This document shows, piece by piece, positions 35,575 to 44,626 of a stretch of 64,000 bases of DNA. Within the stretch, counting starts at the first letter, position 1, and every line of letters starts with the position of its first letter. The DNA comes from Vicinamibacterales bacterium (lineage in GTDB: Bacteria; Acidobacteriota; Vicinamibacteria; Vicinamibacterales; UBA2999). A program made the position numbers and the translations under genes. The notes under the pieces were generated by a model. That model had not been told where the DNA came from, searched no databases, and worked only from the letters and a program-made list of their open reading frames with translations. The DNA lies in the NCBI GenBank assembly GCA_035496255.1, contig DATJEU010000006.1, positions 10,254 to 74,253 of the forward strand, read 5' to 3'.

Positions 35575-36966
35575 ATGAGCCGGCTCCTTTCCATGTCCAG
35601 CCGCGGCGTTGTTCTGCTCGTGCTGCTCGCCTGCGTTCCGCGGCTGGCCGTGGCTGCGCCCGCTGCGACGTTGTTCCGCATCTTCCTGACCGATGGCAGC
35701 GACGTCACCAGCTTCGGCGAATACGCGCGGGTTGGCGACGATGTGATCTTCTCCATGCCGGCGGGCGGCAGTGCCGACAATCCGCGCCTGCAACTGGTGA
35801 CGCTGCCGGCGAAGTCGGTCGACTGGACCCGCACGGAGCGCTACAGCGAATCGGCACGCGCAGACCACTACGCCAGCACTCGCGGTGAAGACGACTTCGC
35901 GCAGTTGAGCAACGAGGTGGCGCGCGTACTGAACGATCTCGCGATCTCGCCGGATCACGAGAAGGCCCTGGCGCTGGCGCAGCAGGCGCACGCGGTGCTC
36001 GTGAAGTGGCCGCTCGAGCACTATCACTATCGCGAAGCCGAGGTCCGCGACATCTTATCGATCGTCGACAACGCGATTGCCGGCCTGAGCGGCAAGCCCG
36101 CGAACGGGTTTCAGCTCGCCTTCGTCGCATCGGCGGCTGACCTCGTCCGCGAACCGATCGCCGGAATGCCCGGCGGCAGGGCGCAGATCGATCAGCTTCT
36201 GCGCGCGGCCGGTCTTACGCCCCGGGCCGCCGATCGCATGGAGCTCCTGCAGTCGGCCCTGCGTTTGGTGAAGGAAGCCGCGCCGACGCTTCCTTCCGCC
36301 GACGTCGACACCTTGCGAACGGAGATCGAACAGAAGATCCATCACGAAGTGGATGTCGATCAGAAATACGCGCGCATGTCGCAGCGGCTGATTGCCGACG
36401 GCCGGCGGGGTGCCCAATCGGCGCGCGCGAGCGTCGTGGAGCGTGTGCTGACGCGGCTCAATACCGAAGACGACCGTCTGGGTAAGGAACGTCCCGAGAC
36501 GGTGCGGGCGGTGCGCGCCGAACTCCAGGCGCAGCTCAACGACGCACGTCGTCTGAGATTGCTCCGCGATCAATGGATACTCCGCCAGCGGGCGTACCAG
36601 CAGTATCAGGAGAGTGTCGGCGTGGAACTGCTGCAGCTGGTCAAGTCGCGGCCGCAGCTCGAGGCCATCCGCACGCTCGAGGGACCGTCGCCGAATCGGC
36701 TCGTTACCCTGAAAGCCCGCTTGTCAGGCGGGGCCGAGCGTCTCCAGCGCCTGCGCGTGCCGCCGGAAATGCAGGCCGCTCATGACCTGCTCGTCGGCGC
36801 GTGGCGCTTTGCTGAAAATGCGGCGACCAGCCGTTACGACGCGGTAAGCAGCGGCAACGTGTCGACGGCGTGGAAAGCGTCCTCGGCGGCGGCCGGCGCC
36901 TTGATGCTGCTCGATCGCGCGCAGGCCGAAATCCGCACCGTCCTCGAGTTTCCCAGGCTGAAGTGA
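35575..36966 (+). CDS. Hypothetical secreted protein (464 aa)
   Basis: Signal-peptide-like N-terminus MSRLLSMSSRGVVLLVLLACVPRLAVA-AP. The rest is largely helical and Arg/Glu/Leu-rich. The stop overlaps the addB start (GTGA). Confidence 0.6.
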   Translation: MSRLLSMSSRGVVLLVLLACVPRLAVAAPAATLFRIFLTDGSDVTSFGEYARVGDDVIFSMPAGGSADNPRLQLVTLPAKSVDWTRTERYSESARADHYASTRGEDDFAQLSNEVARVLNDLAISPDHEKALALAQQAHAVLVKWPLEHYHYREAEVRDILSIVDNAIAGLSGKPANGFQLAFVASAADLVREPIAGMPGGRAQIDQLLRAAGLTPRAADRMELLQSALRLVKEAAPTLPSADVDTLRTEIEQKIHHEVDVDQKYARMSQRLIADGRRGAQSARASVVERVLTRLNTEDDRLGKERPETVRAVRAELQAQLNDARRLRLLRDQWILRQRAYQQYQESVGVELLQLVKSRPQLEAIRTLEGPSPNRLVTLKARLSGGAERLQRLRVPPEMQAAHDLLVGAWRFAENAATSRYDAVSSGNVSTAWKASSAAAGALMLLDRAQAEIRTVLEFPRLK

Positions 36967-39863
36967 TTACGCCGCGCCGCACGCGCCTGGTGCGCGTGAA
37001 CACGCTCCACTCGTTCCGCAACGCAGTGGTCAGGCTGGCATGTACCGGCATGCCGGCCGACGCACGCCATCGCCTGGTGGTCGTCCCGACACGAGCCGCG
37101 GCGGCTCACCTGGTGCGCGCCATCGAAACAACGCACCTGCACTCCGGCGGCGCGATGCTGCTGCCCGAGTTCGTCACTCGCGGTGAACTCATCGGCGTGC
37201 TGTCGCAGCGGCTGCGGCCGCACGACGCAGTGCTGAGCGACGCCGAACGCGAGGTGCTGCTCGGCGTTGCCGCGCGGACCGCGCAGGCCGACGGGAATGA
37301 GCCGCCGTTCGCGTTGCGGCCCGGACTCCTGGCCGAGATGCTGCGCTTCTACGATGAACTGCGCCGGCATCGCAACACGATCGACGAGTTCGAGCGGCGC
37401 GCCCTCGATCGCCTCGAGCCTGGCGCTGAATACGATCGCGGCGCGGCGCGGCTGGTTCGGCAAACGCGGTTTCTGGTGGCGACGTTTCACGATCTCGAGC
37501 GGCGGGTTCGCGAGGCCGGCGCCGACGAACACCTGTTGCGCGACCGGCTGCTCGCCGAGACCGCGGCGACGCCCTGGCGTCACGTGATCATTACCGTTGC
37601 CGATCGCGGCTTCGATCCCCATGGTCTCTATCCGGCCGACTGGGACCTGCTGGCGCGCATTCCGGGCCTCGCCTCCCTGGACATCGTCATCACCGACACG
37701 GTTCTCGCGGGAGCGCTGCACGAACGGATGCACACCGTGCTGCCGGGCCTCGAGGAGGTGCGTGATGAGGAAGCAGTGGACTCAACTCCGCAGTTGCTGG
37801 TTGCCGGGCAGTCGATCGTGCACGCCGCGCGCGATCGTGAGGAGGAGGTGGCCCTGTTCGCGCGTCGCGTCAAGCACGATGCACGGGTGCACGGTGCGGC
37901 GCCCGATCGCCGCGCGCTCGTCGTCCAGCAACCATTGCCGTACGTGTACGTGGCGCGTGACGTGCTTCGCGCCGCCGGCATTCCGTGCCAGATGTTCGAC
38001 GCCCTCCCGCTGGCGGCGGAGCCGTTCTCGGCGGCGCTGGATCTCGCGTTCTCCGCCGTCAGCAGTAACTTCGGACGCCAGCCGGTGGTTGCGCTGCTGC
38101 GCTCGCCGCATTTTCAATTCGCCGCAGACGGCGAACGGGGCGTCGCCGCCCGCGACCTCATCGCGCTCGATCGCGCGCTGGCGGAGGCCGGGTATCTCGG
38201 TGGTCTGGATTCGCTCGATCGGCTGATTGACGAGTGGAGCGCGAAGGAGGCCGAACGCGGCTTGTTCAAGCGCGCGCTGCGCGCGGCAATGATCATGCGC
38301 GGCGTGGTCGGTGAATTGACGCCGCTGCGCGACGCGGCGCCCGTCGCGGCCCACGCTGGCCTGCTCCTCGCGTTCCTCCGTGCTCACGAACAGGTGCCGG
38401 GTCCCGACGATCCACTGCGCGCGCGTCAATTGCGTGCGCGCGGCGCCGTCCTCGGCGCGCTGATGTCGATGCAACAGGCGTATGCGCGCTTCGACGACAT
38501 ACCGGTGGATTTCGATCACGTCGCCGCGCTGACGCGCCGGTGGATCGAAGCGCAGACCTTCCAGCCGCTCACCGGCGATGACGGCGTGCACGTGGTCGAC
38601 GCCGCCAGCGCGCGCTTTGGCGATTTCGATGAGGTGCAGCTTGCCGGTCTGGTTGACGATGAATGGCCGGAACGGCCGCGGCGAAACATCTTTTATTCGC
38701 CGGGGGTGCTGCGCGATCTTGGCTGGCCTGCCGACTCCTGTCGAATCGATGGCGCGCGCGCGGCGTTCATCGACCTGCTGAAGCTGCCGGCGCAACGCCT
38801 GGTGCTGTCGACGTTCAATCTCGAAGCGGACGCGATCGTCAGCCCCTCGTTGCTCGTGGAAGAAGTCGAGCGGGCGGGCTTGCCGATCGTAAACATCGAT
38901 CTGCCGTTTCAGCGAATATTCGACGACGAGCGGCTGGTGTTCGAGATCGGGCCCGCCATCACGCCGGCTGGCCCGAGCGGAGTCGAAGGAACGGCGCAGG
39001 CGCCCGCGCCCGGCTCCGGCGCGCTGCCCGCGTTGTCGCTGTCGGCGATCGAGCGGTATCAGGATTGTCCCTTCAAGTTCTTTGCGGCAGACGTGCTGCG
39101 CCTGGAAGAAGCGCCGGAAGACGAGTCGATGCTGTCGCCGCGCGCGCGCGGCCGTTTCATCCACGAGGTGTTTCAGCGCTTCTTCGAGGCGTGGGACAGG
39201 CGCGGAGGCGGGGCGATCACCAGCGTTCGCCTCGATGGTGCGCGCTTGCTGTTCCACGAAGTCGCCGAACCGTTGCTCGAACGGCTGCCGGAGGCCGATG
39301 CGGCGCTCGAGCGAACACGTCTGTTCGGCTCGGCGATCTCTGTTGGCGTCGTCGACGTCGTGCTCGGCCTCGAGGCCTCGGCACCGGTCGATGTCCGCGA
39401 GCGATGGCTGGAGCACCGGTTCGAGGGCGAGTTCGACGTCGGTGGATCGGATGGCCGTACGGTCGCGCTCAAAGGCGTGGCCGATCGCGTCGATCTCCTG
39501 GACGGGCGTCGCCTGAGGGTGGTCGATTACAAGTCAGGATCGGCGCCCAATCCGCGCCGGGCGCTGCAGGTACCCGTCTATGCGCTCGTCGCGCAGGAGC
39601 AACTCTCCGCGCGCGACGGGCAGCCGTGGCAGGTGGATGCCGCGTCGTACGTTGCATTGACGGGCAAGCGCAACCTCGTGTCGGTGGTGAAGGCCGGGTC
39701 GCCCGATGCCGAGGCGCCGTTACAGGACGCACGCGCGCGGCTGTTCGAGCTTCTCGACGGCATCGACGCCGGCCTGTTCCCACCGCGTCCTCACGACGAG
39801 ATGATCTGCCGTTACTGCGCGTACCCGTCGGTGTGCCGGAAGGACTATGTCGGCGACGAGTAA
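36963..39863 (+). CDS. addB: AddB-type helicase-nuclease subunit (PD-(D/E)XK nuclease with Cys cluster, no Walker A)
   Basis: C-terminal nuclease block GVADRVDLLDGRRLRVVDYKSG. Four Cys (YQDCPFKF and CRYCAYPSVC) consistent with the AddB Fe-S cluster. Directly precedes and overlaps addA. Confidence 0.8.
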   Translation: MITPRRTRLVRVNTLHSFRNAVVRLACTGMPADARHRLVVVPTRAAAAHLVRAIETTHLHSGGAMLLPEFVTRGELIGVLSQRLRPHDAVLSDAEREVLLGVAARTAQADGNEPPFALRPGLLAEMLRFYDELRRHRNTIDEFERRALDRLEPGAEYDRGAARLVRQTRFLVATFHDLERRVREAGADEHLLRDRLLAETAATPWRHVIITVADRGFDPHGLYPADWDLLARIPGLASLDIVITDTVLAGALHERMHTVLPGLEEVRDEEAVDSTPQLLVAGQSIVHAARDREEEVALFARRVKHDARVHGAAPDRRALVVQQPLPYVYVARDVLRAAGIPCQMFDALPLAAEPFSAALDLAFSAVSSNFGRQPVVALLRSPHFQFAADGERGVAARDLIALDRALAEAGYLGGLDSLDRLIDEWSAKEAERGLFKRALRAAMIMRGVVGELTPLRDAAPVAAHAGLLLAFLRAHEQVPGPDDPLRARQLRARGAVLGALMSMQQAYARFDDIPVDFDHVAALTRRWIEAQTFQPLTGDDGVHVVDAASARFGDFDEVQLAGLVDDEWPERPRRNIFYSPGVLRDLGWPADSCRIDGARAAFIDLLKLPAQRLVLSTFNLEADAIVSPSLLVEEVERAGLPIVNIDLPFQRIFDDERLVFEIGPAITPAGPSGVEGTAQAPAPGSGALPALSLSAIERYQDCPFKFFAADVLRLEEAPEDESMLSPRARGRFIHEVFQRFFEAWDRRGGGAITSVRLDGARLLFHEVAEPLLERLPEADAALERTRLFGSAISVGVVDVVLGLEASAPVDVRERWLEHRFEGEFDVGGSDGRTVALKGVADRVDLLDGRRLRVVDYKSGSAPNPRRALQVPVYALVAQEQLSARDGQPWQVDAASYVALTGKRNLVSVVKAGSPDAEAPLQDARARLFELLDGIDAGLFPPRPHDEMICRYCAYPSVCRKDYVGDE

Positions 39864-42800
39864 CTTCCGCCTGCCGTTCGACAACGTCGATCCGTCCCGA
39901 GTGGAGTCGAGGGACCTGCGCATCGATGCGCGCGATCGCGAGGGACGCGCACGCGCCGTCGATCCGCGGTTCAACGTTGCGCTCGAAGCGTCGGCAGGAA
40001 CGGGCAAGACGCGCGTCCTCGTCGATCGCTACGTCAACCTGCTGAAGGCCGGCGTCGATCCGGCGAACGTTCTCGCCATCACGTTTACGCGGAAGGCTGC
40101 CGCGGAGATGCGTGAGCGAATCCTGGCGAGCCTTGCCGATGCCGCGTCTCGCGGCGAGATTCCTCCGTCCCGCTGGCGCGAGTTGCGCGACCGCACCGGC
40201 GACATCGCCATCAGTACGATCGACGCGTTCTGCCTGTCGCTCCTGCGCGAATTTCCGCTCGAGGCCGATCTTGATCCCGGCTTTTCAATGGCGGACGACA
40301 CCGAGGTGCCGCGGCTGATCGACGAATCGCTGGATCGCGCCATCCGCATCTGCCGCGCCGTCGCGCGCGAGGACGAACACGTTGCCCTGGTCTTCGCACA
40401 GCTCGGCGACCGCCGGGCGCGCCGTGGCCTCGCGGTCCTGCTGAACCGCCGCATCGTCGCACCCGATGTGCTCGGGCGTTATCTCGCGAAGGGGCCGCGT
40501 GAGCTCACGGTGGAGAAGGCGACGCAGGATGGCGCGGCCGCGCTGCTCGGGGTGTTCGAGGCAATGCCCGGCGGCCTTGCGGCGTTCATCGAGTCGGGGC
40601 CACCGCAACCGGCGTTCCTGGTGCTCGTGCGGCATTTGCTGAGAGTGGGCGGGTCTGAAGGCCCGCCCCTGCACGGACCCGTCGATTCGCGTGGGTCGGG
40701 AAACCCGCCCCTGCCAGCATCAAACTCGAGCGCAGGCGCAGCGCTTCAGACCCGCCCGATCGATCCCGCGGCTCTGCAAGCGGTCTTCTTCCGGGCGCGC
40801 GAGCATTTCCTCACGCAGGACGGCACGCCCCGCAGCCGGTCGCCGTACAAAAAGGATCTGTTCGCGAGCGCGGCAGACTACGAGCGCCACCGCGACCTGA
40901 CGCTCGGGCACGGCCAGGCATTTCTCGAGGCATGGAACCGCTACCGTCGCGACCTCAACGTGCTGGTGTCGCGCGGTGTGCTGCGGATGTATCGCATCGC
41001 CGAGGCGGAGTACCGCCGTACGCTGGATGTGCACGCGGTGCTCGACTTCTCCGATGTCCTCCTGCGCGCCCTTGACCTGCTGCGGAAGATGGAGGAGTTC
41101 GCGCAGAGCCGCTACCGCCTCGAGTCGCGCTATCACCACGTGCTCGTCGACGAATTTCAGGACACGAGCCGTGCCCAGTGGGAACTGGTCTCGCTGCTCG
41201 TGAAGTCCTGGGGCGAGGGCGCCGGTCTCGCACACACGGGCCCGCTCCAGCCGTCGATCTTCATCGTCGGCGATCGCAAGCAGTCGATCTACAGCTTCCG
41301 CGATGCCGACGTGTCGGTGTTGCAGGAAGCCGCTCGTCACCTTGACGCGTTGCGGCCCGACGGCGACGTGCGGCGTGCGATCTCCCGTAGCTTCCGCTCG
41401 GTGCCGGGCCTGCTCACGTTCGTGAACGACGTGTGCCAGGAGATCGAGAAGTCGCCGGGTCGGACCGACGCGTTTCGCTACGACGAGCAGGATCGATTTC
41501 CGCTCGATGGCGCGGAGGTTGAGGCCACCGCGGTCCTGGGTGCGGCGATGGCCGAGACACCGGAAGCGTGCGCGGGGGCCGCGGCCGTCGAGATCGCGCG
41601 CCTGGTCGCTTCAGGTACGACCGTGCGCGATCGCGACAGTGGCGTGCCACGGCCCATTCGCCCCGGCGATATCGCCATCCTCTTTCGCACGCGCGACAGT
41701 CATCGCGAATTCGAAGCGGCGCTCGAGACGCACGGAATCCCGGCGTACGTCTACAAGGGCCTTGGTTTTTTCGATGCTGATGAAATCAAGGATGTCGTCG
41801 CGCTGCTGTGGTATCTCGCGGAACCCGACTCGGAACTGCGGGCGGCTGCGTTCCTGCGCTCGCGCTTCGTGCAGCTCTCCGACGCGGCGCTGCGTGGATC
41901 GGCGTCGCGCCTGGCAGCGGAGGCGCGCCGGCACGGCGGCGCGTGGCTGCCACTGGTCGATCGCCTGCCGCCGGCGGAACTGCTCGATCGCGTCCTGCGC
42001 GAGTCCGAGTACGCCACGCGGCTGCGCGGCCCGCGCTATCAGCAGGCGCGTGAGAACCTGAAGAAGATTCGCGCGCTGATTCGACGCATTCAGAACCGCG
42101 GTTATGTGACGCTCGGTCGAATCGTCGGCCACCTCGATCGCCTGGCCGTCGGCGACGAAGCCAATGCCGTGATCGATGCGCTCGACGCGGTCAACTTGAT
42201 GACCGTCCACGCCGCAAAGGGCCTCGAGTTCCCGGTGGTGTTCGTCGTCAACCTGACGCGCGGCACCGGTAACTGGCGGCACCCGATCCGCGTCACGGCC
42301 GATGCTGCCGGCGAGTCGCCGTCGGTCTCGGTCGGCGATTTCCAGTCCGAAGCGGATGAAGACGATCGCGCTCGCGAACGCGAGGAGACGAAGCGGCTGT
42401 TGTACGTCGCGCTCACGCGTGCCCGTGATCGCTTGTATCTCGGCACGGTGGTGAAGGATGGCCGCCTGCAGCCGGGACGGGGCAGCCTCGCCGAGGTGCT
42501 CCCCGCATCGCTGCTCGCGGCGATGACCGACGCCGCGACCAGCGGTGACGCCGTCCGCTGGCAATCGCACGTCATGCCGCTGGCCTCGGTCGCCGGAGCC
42601 GGTCTTTCTGCGCAGAAGGCTCCCGCGGACCGCAGCAGGCTCGGCGAAGGCGGTCAGACCCGCCCCGACGCGCCGGAGTCTCCGCAGGCGTTCGTTGCCG
42701 GCCGCGATCCCTCGGATGACGTCAGGTCGCAGGATACTGACTATGAGCCAATCGAGGACCACGGCATCGCTCGCATCTCAGTCGCCGACGCGATTGCCGA

Positions 42801-43284
42801 TCAGCAACGTACGACCGCGCGATTCACAGAAGGACGTGAGTCGTCACGCCTTGTCGGAACGCTCGTTCATCGACTGGTCCGGCGCTGCGGACTCGATCCG
42901 GCTGCCGACACCGACGCTGTCCTGCCGCGGCTGCTGGCCGCGCACGAATCAGTTGACCTCGACGACCTGAAGCGCGTGTGTGACGATGCGAGAGCGGCGT
43001 ACGCCGCGCTTTGTGCAATGCCGCAGGTACGCGCGGCTTACGAAATGGGTCAGCCGCTGCACGAAGTGCCGTTCACACTTGCACAGGACGGCAGAATTAT
43101 TCGCGGCACAATTGACTGTCTCGTCGTCGGCGAGGCGGCGGCGACCGTGCTCGAATTCAAGACCGGCCGTCCTCGGCCCGAGCACCAACGCCAGTTGGCC
43201 CTGTACGAGACAGCCGTGCGGGCGATTTACCCGTCCATTCGAGTGGAAGCGCGGTTGATTTATCTCGAAGCGGCGATCGATTGA
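39847..43284 (+). CDS. addA: AddA/UvrD-family ATP-dependent helicase-nuclease
   Basis: Walker A ASAGTGKTR, DEFQDT (motif II), VHAAKGLEFPVV, YVALTRAR. C-terminal RecB-type nuclease block GTIDCLVV...LEFKTG. Confidence 0.9.
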   Translation: MSATSNFRLPFDNVDPSRVESRDLRIDARDREGRARAVDPRFNVALEASAGTGKTRVLVDRYVNLLKAGVDPANVLAITFTRKAAAEMRERILASLADAASRGEIPPSRWRELRDRTGDIAISTIDAFCLSLLREFPLEADLDPGFSMADDTEVPRLIDESLDRAIRICRAVAREDEHVALVFAQLGDRRARRGLAVLLNRRIVAPDVLGRYLAKGPRELTVEKATQDGAAALLGVFEAMPGGLAAFIESGPPQPAFLVLVRHLLRVGGSEGPPLHGPVDSRGSGNPPLPASNSSAGAALQTRPIDPAALQAVFFRAREHFLTQDGTPRSRSPYKKDLFASAADYERHRDLTLGHGQAFLEAWNRYRRDLNVLVSRGVLRMYRIAEAEYRRTLDVHAVLDFSDVLLRALDLLRKMEEFAQSRYRLESRYHHVLVDEFQDTSRAQWELVSLLVKSWGEGAGLAHTGPLQPSIFIVGDRKQSIYSFRDADVSVLQEAARHLDALRPDGDVRRAISRSFRSVPGLLTFVNDVCQEIEKSPGRTDAFRYDEQDRFPLDGAEVEATAVLGAAMAETPEACAGAAAVEIARLVASGTTVRDRDSGVPRPIRPGDIAILFRTRDSHREFEAALETHGIPAYVYKGLGFFDADEIKDVVALLWYLAEPDSELRAAAFLRSRFVQLSDAALRGSASRLAAEARRHGGAWLPLVDRLPPAELLDRVLRESEYATRLRGPRYQQARENLKKIRALIRRIQNRGYVTLGRIVGHLDRLAVGDEANAVIDALDAVNLMTVHAAKGLEFPVVFVVNLTRGTGNWRHPIRVTADAAGESPSVSVGDFQSEADEDDRAREREETKRLLYVALTRARDRLYLGTVVKDGRLQPGRGSLAEVLPASLLAAMTDAATSGDAVRWQSHVMPLASVAGAGLSAQKAPADRSRLGEGGQTRPDAPESPQAFVAGRDPSDDVRSQDTDYEPIEDHGIARISVADAIADQQRTTARFTEGRESSRLVGTLVHRLVRRCGLDPAADTDAVLPRLLAAHESVDLDDLKRVCDDARAAYAALCAMPQVRAAYEMGQPLHEVPFTLAQDGRIIRGTIDCLVVGEAAATVLEFKTGRPRPEHQRQLALYETAVRAIYPSIRVEARLIYLEAAID

Positions 43285-43347
43285 TGGCATGATGGTCCCG
43301 GCTCGACCCCGGAACCACTGCGACCCCTCGGCAGTCTAAATGACTAC

Positions 43348-43587
43348 ATGAATATCCCAGCGCCGGGAAGTAACCATCGCGCCACCGCCATGACGCTCCT
43401 CGCGTTGGAGACACTGCCGTGCGGTTGCGTGGCGGGCGTCTACCAGGCGAGGCCCACCGTGGTGGAGGTCGAGTTCGTGGAAGCCAAGGGGCCCCATTGT
43501 GTGTTTTCGCGGCACCGCACCGGCCATGTGACCCGCCTGGGCGTGCCGGACTCGATGGTGGCCGATACGGGGGAGCCGCTCGTCTGA
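43348..43587 (+). CDS. Small Cys/His-containing hypothetical protein
   Basis: 79 aa with high GC3. Contains PCGC...PHC...H..GH. CTAAAT hexamer 6 nt upstream of the ATG. Alternative ATG at 43390. Confidence 0.4.
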   Translation: MNIPAPGSNHRATAMTLLALETLPCGCVAGVYQARPTVVEVEFVEAKGPHCVFSRHRTGHVTRLGVPDSMVADTGEPLV

Positions 43588-43631
43588 GGGCGGCGAACCC
43601 GGTTCAGCTTTCGGGAAAAGGCGCAATTTCA

Positions 43632-43660
43632 TTGCACCATCCCGAAGCCTCCCCTAGAAT
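43632..43660 (+). promoter_or_regulatory. Sigma70-like promoter TTGCAC-N17-TAGAAT
   Basis: Hexamers at 43632-37 and 43655-60, followed by AGGAG (43671-75) and TTG start 43682. Confidence 0.45.
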
Positions 43661-43681
43661 CAAACCAACTAGGAGCATCCG

Positions 43682-43927
43682 TTGACGACGAAAGAGGAGA
43701 CGCGCGTGGCGCTGACCTGTCCCAGTTGTGGGAACGACCAGAATTTTCTCGTGAAGACGCTGCAGATGCACGTCGTGCATCTCGAGGATTCACGTGTCGA
43801 GGTGTCCGAGGAAGGACGGCCCAACGTGCTCGAACTCCTCTGCGACGAATGTGAGACGGCGCTCAACTTCGACGAGGTCGACGAAGCCGTCCGCAAGGAG
43901 CTGCTGCTGACGCTCGGCGCCCGCTGA
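43682..43927 (+). CDS. Small zinc-ribbon protein (81 aa)
   Basis: CPSC...CDEC pairs. Own promoter-like hexamers and an AGGAG Shine-Dalgarno 6 nt upstream of the TTG start. Confidence 0.6.
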   Translation: MTTKEETRVALTCPSCGNDQNFLVKTLQMHVVHLEDSRVEVSEEGRPNVLELLCDECETALNFDEVDEAVRKELLLTLGAR

Positions 43928-43948
43928 TCGTCCGCCGGTATCCCGCTT

Positions 43949-44113
43949 TCAGCCGTTCCCGTCCTCGACGTCCTCGAAGTAATCGCATTCCGGGCACACC
44001 CACTCGCGGAACTCAGTCGTCTTCGTTTGTGGTGTGCCCGGGACGTGAACGGTGACGGCGCGCTCGCGCAGTCGCATCGCTTCGCCGCACATCGGACACT
44101 CTTTTGCGGCCAT
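43949..44113 (-). CDS. Small zinc-ribbon protein (54 aa), below the ORF-track cutoff
   Basis: Hand translation: MAAKECPMCGEAMRLRERAVTVHVPGTPQTKTTEFREWVCPECDYFEDVEDGNG. AGGAG 6 nt upstream of the ATG. High GC3. Confidence 0.6.
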   Translation of the reverse strand: MAAKECPMCGEAMRLRERAVTVHVPGTPQTKTTEFREWVCPECDYFEDVEDGNG

Positions 44114-44136
44114 TGACTTCTCCTGAACCGACCCCT

Positions 44137-44164
44137 ATCGTAACCACAGATCGATGCGTGGCAA
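44137..44164 (-). promoter_or_regulatory. Sigma70-like promoter TTGCCA-N16-TACGAT for the 54-aa gene
   Basis: Minus-strand hexamers correspond to plus-strand 44159-64 and 44137-42. The Shine-Dalgarno and ATG follow. Confidence 0.4.
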
Positions 44165-44609
44165 CACGTTCCGGCCCTTCGGCAGTGATCGCATAGCGGT
44201 ATTGGCGGGCGACGACTCGCGCCATGATGCCGACTGCTTTGCCGACGAAGTCGTGATCGATTTTCCGTCCGTCGCGCCTGCGGTCGACCGCGTCCGCACC
44301 GGCTTTCTCGTCGAGGAGCGGCCCGCGCCGCTGACGATGACGCTCCAGGTGAGCGCGCGCGAGGCGAGCGAGGGCGCGACGCTGCCGCTGGACGTGCCCG
44401 TTCGCTGCACGTGTACCGCGTGCGGTGGCCGCGGCGAGAGCTGGACCGAACAATGCGGCCGGTGCGCCGCCAGCGGCATGGAGACCTTCCGTCACCAGCT
44501 CCAGGTGACGCTGCCGCGCGGCGTCGCCGACGGCGCCTGCTTCCACTTCACCGTGACGCCGCGTCACAACCCGTCCACGCGCATCGAGCTCCAGGTGTTC
44601 GTCCGGTAG
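44154..44609 (+). CDS. DnaJ-type zinc-finger/CTD-like protein without a J-domain
   Basis: CTACGGRG and CGRCAASG (CxxCxGxG-type repeats), followed by beta-rich LQVTLPRGVADGACFHF. Start uncertain (ATG 44154 overlaps the neighbouring promoter; internal ATG at 44337). Confidence 0.5.
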   Translation: MRGNTFRPFGSDRIAVLAGDDSRHDADCFADEVVIDFPSVAPAVDRVRTGFLVEERPAPLTMTLQVSAREASEGATLPLDVPVRCTCTACGGRGESWTEQCGRCAASGMETFRHQLQVTLPRGVADGACFHFTVTPRHNPSTRIELQVFVR

Positions 44610-44626
44610 AGCAGAGCAGGCACTCG

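Noticed and set aside
35571-35576. TAGAAT as a promoter for the 464-aa secreted protein
   Set aside because: The hexamer overlaps the ATG at 35575 itself. It could serve only the downstream in-frame ATG at 35593, which cannot be decided from sequence.
31558-36966. Calling the tRNA-flanking block a genomic island or mobile element
   Set aside because: There is no integrase, transposase, conjugation or phage gene, and no matching distal repeat within the window. Only the local repeats are reported.
37782-39416. 544-aa minus-strand ORF, plus the 460-aa alternative-frame ORF (38663-40045), within addB
   Set aside because: Both overlap the AddB frame, which carries the nuclease and Cys-cluster motifs. 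Their translations are Arg-rich and low-complexity.
41611-42762. 383-aa minus-strand ORF inside addA
   Set aside because: It is antisense to helicase motifs V/VI of AddA and has no features of its own.
44013-44567. 184-aa minus-strand ORF overlapping the DnaJ-type zinc-finger ORF
   Set aside because: It is Arg/Ala-rich and low-complexity, antisense to a frame with CxxCxGxG motifs. Its 3' part is out of frame with the real 54-aa gene.
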